Origin: Ministeria vibrans ATCC 50519 | Taxonomy: Eukaryota; Protista; Filasterea | NCBI GenBank assembly: GCA_943704425.1 | Contig: CALSCP010000716.1 | Span: forward strand, 1-39,728 | Reading direction: 5' to 3' | DNA length: 39,728 bases | In this document: piece after piece, positions 11,091 through 22,168 of the stretch | Layout: every line of letters starts with the position of its first letter | Position numbering within the stretch: position 1 is the stretch's first letter | Made by a program: the position numbers and the translations under genes | Notes under the pieces: model-generated | Database searches by the model: none | The model's input: only the letters and a program-made list of their open reading frames with translations | Told to the model about the DNA's origin: nothing

Positions 11091-12895
11091 ATGGCTTTGA
11101 GAGCGCAACTCACATCCCCCAGAGCCAGTGAGAGCGTATCCATACAACTCACTTGCACAGTCAGAAGAATGAGCACTCGGATGAAACGAAGATGAAACAA
11201 CACTTTTTTTTTTGCTACAATATTTTTTTTTCCTCTCTTTTGTCTAAATCTTCTTTCCCGTTTCGCAGGTTCTCCTCGGTATCGGGCTCTCCATACTTGC
11301 TGTGTGTACAGTGAACATTGTCTCGGCACAGTCCACGGTTGAGGTTGAAAGCTACAGTGGCTGGTATCACAACCTCGCTTCGCCGCAGACCGGAACTGTC
11401 GATAACGTCCTTGAACGTGTCGCACCGTCCGACTACGATGACGGTGTCTACAAACCGTCCGGTAGGTACCGTGGAAACCCTCGCACCATCTCCCAACGCC
11501 TCATGAATGGCACCGCGGGCCTTCCATCCGAACGCAACCGTACAGCCCTTTTGGTGAGATCATTATAAAAAATTTATGAATTGGTAGTAGGATTATTGGA
11601 AAAACATCCTCCCTCTCTCTCTTCTCGTTCCCTCATTTTCTTTCTCTTTCTCTCTCCCTTTAATTTTCCAACGCAGGTGTTCTTTGGACAACTGACTGTG
11701 ATGGAGATTGTCACCGTTCAGTTGCCTTCCTGTCCCACCGAATACTTCAACGTTCGAGTATGGTGTACCTCACGATCAAAAACAACAACACATTATATTG
11801 CAATATTAATGCGTCCTCTATCACACCTTGTTGGAACAGGTCCCTCAATGCGACGCGGAGCTCGATCCGGAGTGCGAGGCCGACGAAGACCATGCCAAAT
11901 GGTTGATCATGCACCGTTCGCGCTACCCCAGTCACACCGGTCAGGGGCCCAACAATCCTCGACAGCAACTCAATTCGCTCACCCCCTGGATCGACGGCGG
12001 TGTCATTTATGGCAACCGGCGAGGTGTCAGCGACGCACTGCGTAGCTTTCGCGGCGGCGAGCTTATCGTGCAAACTATCAACGGCGAAGAATACCCGCCT
12101 TTCAACACACCCGGTCTTCCTGCAGAAAACCCGGCTCCACCCACGCTCAACCGTCTACTCTCCCCGGCGCGCTTCTTTCGTTCGGGAAACGCCGCCCAGA
12201 ACGAAAACCCTATGCTCCTGAGCGTCAACCTTGTTTTCTTTCGAAACCACAATTACCACGCACGTCGTCTCGCGGCCCTCAACCCAACCTGGACGGACGA
12301 GCGCCTCTTCCACCGTGCCCGCCAGTGGGTCATTGCTGAACAACAACGTCTCATTGCCTATGAGTTTGTTCCTGCGTTTGTTGGCGAGGCGTTGCCCGAC
12401 TACCATGGCTATGAACCGGCCGTGTCCCCGGCTATCTCGCAGACCTTTCACGTAGCCGCCATGCGCTTTGGCCACTCACTCGTGCCTCCAGGTGTCTACC
12501 GTCGCTCTGCCACTTGCAACTTTCACACGACCACCAACGTGACCGGCACGCCCGGCAACATTGCCTTCCGCACCTGCAACTCCTTCTTCCTCCCCAACGA
12601 ACCCATTCTTGAATTTGGTCTTAATGACATTCTCATGGGCCTCGCCTCACAAATCGCCGAGCGCGAAGACCGTTTCATCGTCGAAGATCTTCGTGGCTTT
12701 GTCCAGGGTCCTCTCGAGCAGACACGCCGTGATCTTATGGTACAAACACTAATAACACGCGAGAGTGAAGAGGGAGAGAGAGATGAATTCTTGTCAATTT
12801 TCCCAGGTCCTTAACCTTCAACGTGGCCGCGATCACGGCGTACCCGACTACAACACCGTTCGCAAAGGTACATAAAAAAAACAAAAAAATGTAAA

Positions 12896-12928
<33 letters not shown>

Positions 12929-15900
12929 TATTTTATTATTATTATTATTAATTTTATTATCATTATTGTTCATTATGATATCGACTACAGCTCTTATACT
13001 ATTATTTTGATTGTTTTCATTTTCTTATTATAATAATGATCATTATTATTATTATTCTTTTTGCTTCGTACTCTAATAATATTACTATTATTATTATAAC
13101 TCTTATTATTATAATTAGTATACGTTTTATTATTATTAATTATTTTTATTTATTATTGTCATTACTTTTCTTTAATATAGCGTTCGGCCTGAGCGCAAAA
13201 GCAACGTTCGCCGATATTGCACCAAATGGAACAGAGTCGAGCGGGTGGGAGGCGCTTGCGGAAGTATACAACAACACCTTGGGCAACATCGACGTGTGGG
13301 CGGGCGGTCTGGTTGAGTCTGTGGGCGATCCCGGCGAGCTCTTTTCCCATGTCATTCTCGACCAGTTCAACCGCATCCGCAATGCTGATCGCTGGTGGTT
13401 TGAGAACAAGGCCAACGCATTGTTTACCGACGACGAAATTGCCATGATTCACAACACCTCGTTTGCTGATGTGATTCACCGTGTGACCACCATTGGCCAG
13501 GGCGAAATCCAAAAAGACGTCTTCTTCCATCTCGCAGGCGACCCGTGTCCCCAGCCCAAACAGCTCCATCCAGACGACATGGAACACTGCACCGAGGGTC
13601 ACGAACTTGATTTCTACAATGACACAGGTGGTCGTGCGACCACCGGAGCCATTCTGGCGTCCATTGCCTGTTGGCTACTGCTCAATATTGTTGGGATTGT
13701 CCTGGCGATCCACTGGGATCGACCTCGCGTCATGCGCGTACGTCGCTTTGTGTCGCGCTGCCTGACTCGCGCACCCGATAGCAACATTGAGCCAGTGCTA
13801 CGCGTGGCGGGCGTGGAAGCGAAGCTGTCACAAACCCATCGTGGCATGCGCTGCTTTGGAGTACTCGACATGTCGGGGTGCCAGGCAGTGCCGCTGTTCC
13901 TCGTTGCCGTCGACTCTGAATCTGGCGTGAATCTCTTTGATCTAGGCATGCAAGAGTGTGTGCGCACCATGCGCCCTCTTAACTATGTCGATTGTGGCAT
14001 TGTGGCATACCGCTGCGGCGTCGAGTCGAGCGGCGACCCGGCCGGCCTCTTCCTCCACGATCTGACCAGCCACGATCTCTACGTGCTGTTCAACTCGTAC
14101 GAGGACCGTGACGAGTTTGTCGCTGTGCTCGAGGGCATCTACTCCAACGCGGATGCTGGTCAGCTTAAGGTCGCGTCAAATGTGCTGGACCACGCGACAG
14201 CAAGCCGATGCAAGCGACCCACCGAGGAGCGCGAACGCGACATCAAAAAGATCATGATGGTCTCCAAAGACTCGAATTTGCTTACGTTTCTTGCAAACCG
14301 CGAACCCAACACGCCTCTTACCGATCAACTGATTGATCAGCATCTGAAAAACTTTGCTGACTCGACGGGCATCGACTCCATCACGTGGGAGGACCTCGAG
14401 CGTCTTTGCCGTCTGCTCACTCGCCAGGAGTTCTGCAAGGAGTTTGGCCTGCCTCAGAATGGCAGCTACTCGCGCCGCATTTGCGACATGCTGTCGCTCT
14501 CCAATGACCTCAGTCGCATATCCAAGTACTCGCTCATCCGCTTTTTTGCCACCATGGCGTCGCCCGACAAGGAAGAAAAGATGCGCTACATCTTCCGCAT
14601 CTACGACGACGACAACAGCGGTGAGTTGTACCGTCGCGAGCTCGAAGAGATGTTTCTGGCCAATCTCGCCGCCAACCACATCGACTTGCCCACTTCTTCG
14701 GACATCAAGGAGTTCTCCAAATTTCTCTTTTACCACGCGGGTGTCGACGACGACTGCGACTTTATGACGGCAGATCAGTTTGTCACGCTGGCCAATGACT
14801 CGGAGATTGAACGTACAATGCGTCGCGCGACCCTCTCCGCTGCCAAGACCAGACGAGCGCCAACAAACTCGCTGCAGATCCCCCGCGTTGTGTCCAGTGA
14901 CTCTTCAGCCATGGCCACTCTGCCGACGTCACTTATGCCAGCCACCATGCGGCACCATAGCATCTTCCACGAGGAGGACGACCCGCAGGTCGCCGACGAC
15001 GGCCCATCACACGAGTCTGTTGTGGTCAGACCCAACATTCGTGATGGCGACGACAACACCACTGCCACTTCTGCTGCTGCTGCTGCAACTGCTACTGCTG
15101 CCGCTACTGCTGCAAACCTGCGTGTGCGTCGCACAGTGACCATTCGCACAAAGTCACAGATTGTACTGAACGAAAATGGTTTCAGTGACGACGGTGACGG
15201 CGTCCAGGTGCCCGAGCCACACCAGCGCTCTCACTCGCGCGCTAGCAACACATTCAGCGACATGTTCACCAGCAGACGCAACTCGACGTCGCCTCTCAAC
15301 TCAGTCACACCGAGCCCATATCGTTTTTCCGAGTACACCGCACGCCCGTCTCGCAGCTCGTCAATCGCTACCCGCATTCGATCCTCCGTCTCGAAAGGCG
15401 TAGCGTGGTTGCGTGGCGCACTGCACGCAGCACGCGCTAAACGACGCGAGCGTCGCCTTGAAATTTTCTGGATCACCATCTACGTGGCTCTGATCAGCCT
15501 CATCTTCGTCGAGCGCTTCATCTTCTACGGCTATCTGCGCGAAAACCGTGGTCTCCGTCGCATCGCTGGGTTTGGAATTGCAGTCACGCGTGGCTCTGCG
15601 TCGGTCATCATGTTCACACTGGCACTCCTCCTCCTCCCCATGTGTCGCAACACCCTGGCCGTCGCCCGCACCACGCGCCTGCGCTTCGTCGTTCCCTTTG
15701 ACCGTGTTGTCGAATTTCACACTATTGTCGGTTGGACCTTTGTCATTGCTGCCCTTGTTCACAGTAAGCACATTAATGCCAACTACGAATAACAATAACA
15801 ATAATTATTATTATTAATTATAATAATAATAATTATTATTATTAATAATAATTTTATTTTATTATAATTATTATTATTAATTATTTTTTTATCATTGCTT

Positions 15901-16117
15901 TTAGCTCTTGGGCATTTGGTGAATTTTTATTCCATCCAGACACAACCAAGCGAAGATTTGTCCTGTCTGTTTCCGGCAGTGTTCCACTACTCATCTGAAG
16001 TCACCACCTACCAGTATTGGCTCTTTGGCACCATGACGGGCGTCACCGGTTTCCTTCTCGTCATTTCTGTTGTATCCTTTGTTGCCTTTCTCATTCCGTA
16101 CGAAAGAATCCCGCGAA

Positions 16118-16187
<70 letters not shown>

Positions 16188-16201
16188 CAAAAAAATATAA
16201 C

Positions 16202-16241
<40 letters not shown>

Positions 16242-16260
16242 TTAATATTAATATTAATAT

Positions 16261-16291
<31 letters not shown>

Positions 16292-17370
16292 TGTTTTAAC
16301 TCCTTCTTTGTCATGTCTCTAGGGCAATGCGTCGACAGTCATATGCTCTATTCTACTTCGTGCACACGACGATTGCGCCACTGATCTTTTTTCTGCTGTT
16401 CCTGCACGGATCGCTGCAGATTGTGCAACCGCCCTACTTCTGGTACTTTATTCTGCCCACCATGCTGCTGTATGTGTTTGATCGTCTGTGGACACTTGGC
16501 GTGCGCACACGACAGCTGCGTGTGGTACGTGCGGAAAAACACCCAAACAATGTGCTCGCGCTGTACCTCGAGCGGCCAGCCACCTTTGAGTTCAGTGCGG
16601 GTGCGTACATCCGTCTGGCGACCGAGAGCAATGGAACAGGTCGTCGCGAGTACCACCCCTTCACCCTGTCGTCCGCACCGCACGAAGACCACCTGTCGCT
16701 GCACATTCGTCAGGTGGGACGTTGGACACGCCAACTCTCATCGGGCTACTGCCAGGCGTCGCTCGACGAGAGTCCCATTTGGCCCAAGGAGTTCCCTCCC
16801 GCCTACATTGAAGGGCCCTTTGGCGGCTCCTCTCAAGACTGGTTTAAGTACGAGACAACCGTGCTAATTGGAGCGGGCATTGGCGTGACGCCCTATTCGT
16901 CGATTCTCAAGGACATCGTGCACAAAGCACACCGTGCTGCCGTACGCAAGGTGTACTTTGTGTGGGTGTGTCGTTCGCTCCAGCAGTTTGAGTGGTTTCT
17001 CGATGTGCTGCGCACGGTGGGCAGTGGCTCAGAGGCGTGTACCGTCGAGAGCCACATTTTCATTACGGGGGCCAAGCAGAGCAGTGACATCCGCACATTG
17101 CTGTTGTACGCCGCCGAACGCCTCTGCCAGGTTGCCAAGCGGCCGTCGCTGCTCACCGGCACCCACGCGTACACCAACTTTGGACGACCCAACTTCACCG
17201 AGTTCCTCGGCAGTGTGCTCTCACGCCACCAATACGACTCGAACTTATCCGTCTTCAGCACAGGGCCCAAGTCGCTCGTGCTCAACGTTGATGACTGTGT
17301 TCACCAGATCAACGCAAAGACCCACACTGCCGCGCGTCTCGTTCACTACCCCGAGGTTTTCAATTATTAG
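11091..17370 (+). CDS. DUOX: Dual oxidase (peroxidase-homology domain, TM, EF-hand region, ferric reductase TM domain, FAD- and NADPH-binding domains; ~1740 aa, ~8 exons)
   Basis: Phase-consistent exons 11269-11553, 11677-11757, 11840-12739, 12807-12867, 13181-15763, 15905-16097 and 16323-17370. The first exon (11091-11159) is tentative. Motifs: SGWYHNL, YDDGVY, RNRTALLVFFGQ, TGQGPNNPRQQLNSLTPWIDG, MRFGH, QRGRDHG, DRWWFEN, EF-hand DDDNSGELYRRE, TRGSA, haem His pairs, HPFTLSSAP, EGPFG, GAGIGVTPY, FGRPNF. Confidence 0.96.
16098..16322 (+). repeat. (AAT)n/(ATT)n-filled DUOX intron; similar tracts at 12868-13180 and 15764-15904
   Basis: Microsatellite tracts lie between GT and AG splice sites. 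Confidence 0.85.
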
Positions 17371-17489
17371 AGATCAAAAAAAAAATTATAATAATAATAA
17401 TAATAAATTTTAAGAAGAATACAGCAAGAATAACTAATAATCTTTTTTATTTCTGATTCATATCCCTCAAATCGGTTTTGGAGTCTGAT

Positions 17490-17685
17490 CGCTCCTGCTT
17501 GATCCTAAAATATTCTGCTCGTGCGGGACTGCGGGCAGGATTGCAGGATAAATCCTGGCAGGATCTCCGGACAGGTTTTTTGGAAGTTTTTTGCAGGATA
17601 AGTGCAGGATCAATTCCCGGATCCTTCTCGGATCCTATAATTCCTATTCAATCAATCTTTGCTCGCCTGTTTGCTCGCCTGACGG
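17490..17685. repeat. GCAGGAT motif cluster and a short tandem duplication in the DUOX-DUOXA spacer
   Basis: GCAGGAT at about 17535, 17543, 17558, 17593 and 17604. TTTGCTCGCCTG occurs twice at about 17658-17681. Confidence 0.55.
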
Positions 17686-17843
17686 TCTGAGTTGCCTCTT
17701 TGCATTTTATTTGCAGCCTCTAACTCCTCTAAGCGTCGAGTTAGGTTTGGTTGCACTTGCTTTGTTTGTTCAAGCAAGTTGTCTGTGTAGCAGAGCATAT
17801 TTGGAGCATATTTCAGAGCATTTTTGTGACAACCCAAACTAAA

Positions 17844-19997
17844 ATGGCATCCAGCTTTTGGGAGTCGTACTTGCATGGCACAAGTTGGTACATGGAACCA
17901 TGTAGCCCTCTGTCTGTGTTCGACCGTGGCGCGCCTCATCCAACGGCGTACTGTGAAAACCGGACCGCTTCGCCGTTTGTATGCAGAAAAAAAAAGCAGA
18001 ACAACGAACGGAAGATGAAGAGAGAGAGAGAGACGCGTGCGGACTGATGTCTGATTAGTGAATGAGGGGAAAGAGTGTGTAGAGGGTGTGGATGGGGGGG
18101 GGTGTGGAAGGCTGTTTCTTGTGCTCATCCGTGTGCTTTAGGACTATGACCTGGCCGGCATCACCGTGGCCTTTGTTGTTGTGTTTGCTGCAATGATTCT
18201 GGCCATTGCTTCGTGTGTGACAAAACGCCGACAGCTGGTGGTCTACCTTGCCATTGTTCTATATTTGGTCTTGGGCCTTGCAATTCTCAGTAAGGGTCCA
18301 AAATTAATATTAATTTTCGAAACGAACCAACCCTCGCGTTCCCTCCATGTCTCACTGCAGCTCCCAACTTTGGATACTCGTGGCATGTGGCCAAGGTACG
18401 CACGTCGACCGAGTATACGGCGTCGAATAAGACGGTTGATGTCGACATTGGCGTGTGGGTTGGCTTGCGGGGCTTCAATGTGACAATGAAGGGAGTCCCG
18501 GTGCAGCAACACAACGAGACCATTGACTATAACGAACGCTTTCTCTTTGGCGACAGTGCCGGAGTTGGTGTTGGATATGGCCCACAGGCTGGTGAGATCC
18601 GTCAAGAGACTCGACAAGCACACAATCGAGGAGTTCCCTATCCCATTCTGTACACATATACCCATGAAAAATTACAATAATAATAATATCGTCATCTTGT
18701 TTCATTCTCATGCTGCGCTTCCTGTTTTCCTCGCTATTTTTTCCCCCCCCCCCCCCCACCAACTGATCGATTTTTTTCTTTGTATTAATTGTCTAGGTAC
18801 ATTGCAGAGTACTTTCACTTTGACGTTCTGTTCATTCGGTGGGGCCGCTACTATCGTCTGGGTGGTTACTACGCCCAAATTCTTTTGTGGGCGGCGCTCC
18901 CCTTTTGGGCACTGGGAGGTTTTGTGGCGTTTGTGTCGCTCTCGACGGCCGCATGGTTCATTCTCGCGGCTGGTTCGCTCATGGTGTGTGCCACTGTCGA
19001 GTGGTGGGTCGAGGTGTTCAAGCCGATGCCTGATTTTAACATTCCCTTTCCGGGCGGCACGCTCTCGTTTGCCTTTGGCTGGTCGTTTCTGTTTTGCTTT
19101 GTGATGGGCATAATCACTGTCGTGGTCTGTTCCACAATGCTCCTCCTCCAGGCCATGGACCGCCTGCCCTTTACCGTCGGAAAATTCAAAAACAATGCGT
19201 CGCGGACCTTCAAGAAACTCGACGCGACAGCGCGCCCAGCGTATCACGACGTCCAGGAGTCGAATCGTCTGCGGCGTGAGGAGGAGAAAGTCAGACAGTC
19301 GGCCAAGGAGGGTACCAACGAGAACAGCCGCGAGTTTGTCTCGACTGCGGACACACGCAAACTGCCGTTTCTCCGCACTCTCACACGGCGTACGCGGCCG
19401 TCAGAGAATCGCTTCAACAAGACGGGGAGTCAGGAGCTCATCGAGTATCAGCCCCAACACAGCATTCGCCGCAACCCAACCAATAAATCCCGAGCCCAAT
19501 TTATTGTTCCGACCCCAGACTTTCCGCCGCCCCATGCCTACGATATTCTCGACGAAAGCGCCGCCACACGCGACTCTCCCATTCACTCGCCACAGCCGTC
19601 GCCCTACACTCAGAAAAGAAACGGATTTCCCAGCCTCCGCAACAATGAGGAGCAGCTCGCCACAATTGAGATGCAGGATCTTAACAAGCAAACCTCGTTT
19701 GCCGCCAAGGCTATATGGCGCTCCGACGGCTATACCGACTCTCCAGACGACGGTGTGGGCCGCTCGCTTGCAGTCAATCGGGCACTGGGTGAGCTGACCG
19801 CACACAATTCAGTCGCCGAGACGGCGGCTCCCCTTGCCCATGGCGACGGAGAGGCATATGCAATCCCTACTGAGGAGACAGTGGTGGATGGGATGCCACG
19901 CCCTACGACGAGTCCGCTGAGTCACAACACTGATCTCTCCCTCGACCTCTCCGATGATCCAGGTGCCGAAGAGAATGTCAATGTTTCAGCAGTATAG
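17844..19997 (+). CDS. DUOXA: Dual oxidase maturation factor (DUOXA/NIP family; 590 aa, 4 exons)
   Basis: Phase-consistent exons 17844-17978, 18142-18289, 18361-18649 and 18797-19997. Family motifs NFGYSW, DIGVWVGLRGFNVTMKGVPVQQHNETIDYNERF, RGVPYPILYIAEYF, WGRYYRLGGYY and FGWSF. Confidence 0.95.
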
Positions 19998-20331
19998 ACA
20001 AGAACTTTTTCTATTACAATAAAAAAATTATTATTATTATTACTATTAAATTTATTATTATTATTATAATAATATTTTATTATCAATTTGTATTAATATT
20101 AAGACGACCAATGTTTCAGTTTCCCTTAAGTACTGACACATTGGGAATTCTATAGCAATAACGCAGTTCTTAACAAGAAGCGACGGCAAATGGTTGAAAA
20201 CAAAAAGCCGGGCCAAACACAGTAACTTGGAAGTTGGAAGAGTCGTAGGGAAGAAAGCAATTTCATTGGTTTTCAGGTGTATCTTAACCCTTCCCATGCA
20301 TTATACACATTTGTGGTAACAATTTTTTAAT

Positions 20332-21322
20332 TCACTTCTTGGCGTGCGCCTTGTGCTTCTTTGCAGTGCGCTTCTTCGCACTGACAACATTTGCCTTGGA
20401 CGAGCCAGTCATTTCCACTGATGAGACTACCTTTGGTGCCTTCCTGGCGCCCTTTTTCTTCTTCTGCGACCCACTCGCGCCCTCTGCGTCACTTTCGCCG
20501 TGCTGCTCGTCATTGATCGTAAGGTCCTGCACCACAGACAACATACCGTTGCTCAATAATTATAGGTCACGCCGTGCAACGTACCATCTCGTCAAAGACA
20601 CCCTCGAGCACTTGGTGGACGCCGTCCCCTGCATTCTCATACTGGAAGTACCTATTTACCACACTGCTCACTACTCTCAACGTGTGAGTTGCAGTCTCTT
20701 CAGTGGCTCATCGCCGTACCTCTGATCTCGCCTTTGCGCTCCTTGAGCACCAGATACGAGTTGGTGTCGACCAGTGCGCCCTTCAAAAGCAATCCTATGC
20801 TCACCAGTCGTCAATGAAAACCATCCAAACCCTCCCCAGCTGCAACTCCAAACCTTTGAGATCCAGCGTCACTCCTGTCGGATTGTGTGCATCAACGAGA
20901 ACGCGCCCAATGCAGCCAATGTCGCCAGTCAAATTCATCTAGGTGCCAAACCAGTGTCATGTCGCGCGCTCACAGAGTATCGCACTCACTTCGCCATCGC
21001 TGGTTTCAACGAGAAATGACAACGTCTTGGACGGAGCACTTCCAGTGAGCTTCAATACGCCACCAGGAAGCTACACAACACAAAGGTCAACAACGCACTG
21101 TCAACCAAATCGAAACGCGTTTCTGGTGCGCTCCACCACACACTCCGCACCTTGTCCTCCCCCGCCGCGGCATCCTCGGTGCCACTGGCATCCCCCTCTC
21201 GGCCATCGTCGCCGGCGTCGTCTTCTGCTTTTCTCTTTGGTGTGCGTTTCGCTGGCAACTTGGAAACACTCTTCTTAGGCGATGAAGCGCCCTTTCTTCT
21301 TGCCGGCCTGTCCCCTTCGTTT
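20332..21322 (-). CDS. BIN4-like protein (topoisomerase VI accessory subunit family), multi-exon, 5' end lost in the nnn gap
   Basis: Hand-spliced core FLVETSDGEMNLTGDIGCIGRVLVDAHNPTGVTLDLKG...KGEIRVSSVVNRYFQYE...VLEGVFDE. It resembles plant BIN4 as I recall it (LVECEGDSIDLSGDMGAVGRVVV...LDLKG). Lys-rich tail and charged low-complexity N-terminal part. Confidence 0.62.
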
Positions 21323-21325
21323 NNN
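21323..21325. other. Assembly gap (3 N, true size must be larger)
   Basis: Two divergent coding sequences both run into it without start codons. Confidence 0.8.
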
Positions 21326-22168
21326 CGTTACTTGAGGACATCGTGGCAACAGTTCTGCGCCGATGGACTGCGCTGAACACAGCCGTCGCACACGTACCAA
21401 TGCGCCTTCGTCTGCTGCGCTGATTCCCGGTGTTGCTGTTGGGCGTCTGTAGGGATGGGGCGGAGCGGAGAGCCAGGAGAAGTTCTACTGGCTTCACGCC
21501 GTCATTGAAGAGTTTCTGCAGAAAGGTTGGCAGTGGCGCCACGCGTGCTGCTTCCTACTCACCCCCTTGCGCTGTGTAGACGAGGTGTTTGCGGACGAGC
21601 TCTCCGATTACATTGACGACATTGTCACAGAGGAGTTCCACATGATGTGCGAGGACAACAGCTGCGAGCAGGTGCGCTGCGGTGCATGTGAAACAGTGTT
21701 GTGACTCACTCGCTCCTCTCCGTCCCAAGGTTGCCCGTGTCCTCACCGCCAAACATGCGCTTTTGAAGCAAGGCAAGACGGACGAAATCAAAGAGTGGCT
21801 TGCCAAGGCTCAGGGACCTGCCAATGTGGCCGCTTCTGCCACCGGAAAGGTGATGAAATCGAGAGGGGGGGAGGGAGTGTCGGGGTCACGAATGACTGCT
21901 GACAGTGGGGATTGTTGCAGGATGACGAAGACGACGAGGACGACGAGTGTGATGCGGATGACGGCGGTGTTGATGAGGCTGACGAGGCGGCGTCTTCGCT
22001 TGCGAACGTGTCGGTTGCGGACAAGGGAAAAGGTACGCAAAGGGAAAGCACAAGTTCAGCACAAGGTGTAGCTTATATGTCGTATATGTAGAAGACGAGA
22101 CAGCTTCAGTGGTGGACGACGACGGGTGGACGACGGTGACGAAAAAGGGGAAGGGAAAGCGGAGATGA
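21326..22168 (+). CDS. TSR2: Pre-rRNA-processing protein TSR2 (WGG family), multi-exon, start in the gap
   Basis: Spliced translation RRWTALNTAVAH|GWGGAESQEKFYWL...DELSDYIDDIVTEEFHMMCEDNSCEQ|VARVL, then an acidic tract, then DDDGWTTVTKKGKGKRR*. Confidence 0.85.

Noticed and set aside
13036-13180. Hydrophobic N-terminus of the 918-aa ORF as a signal or TM segment
   Set aside because: It is AT-rich intron read-through; the exon starts at 13181 in phase with the previous DUOX exon.
11269-17370. Fragmented DUOX ORFs read as a pseudogene or as separate peroxidase and NOX genes
   Set aside because: All breaks are explained by phase-compatible GT-AG introns.
21087-21806. Minus-strand ORFs taken as the 5' part of the BIN4-like gene
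   Set aside because: Beyond the nnn gap this DNA encodes TSR2 on the + strand (WGG motif and splice sites).
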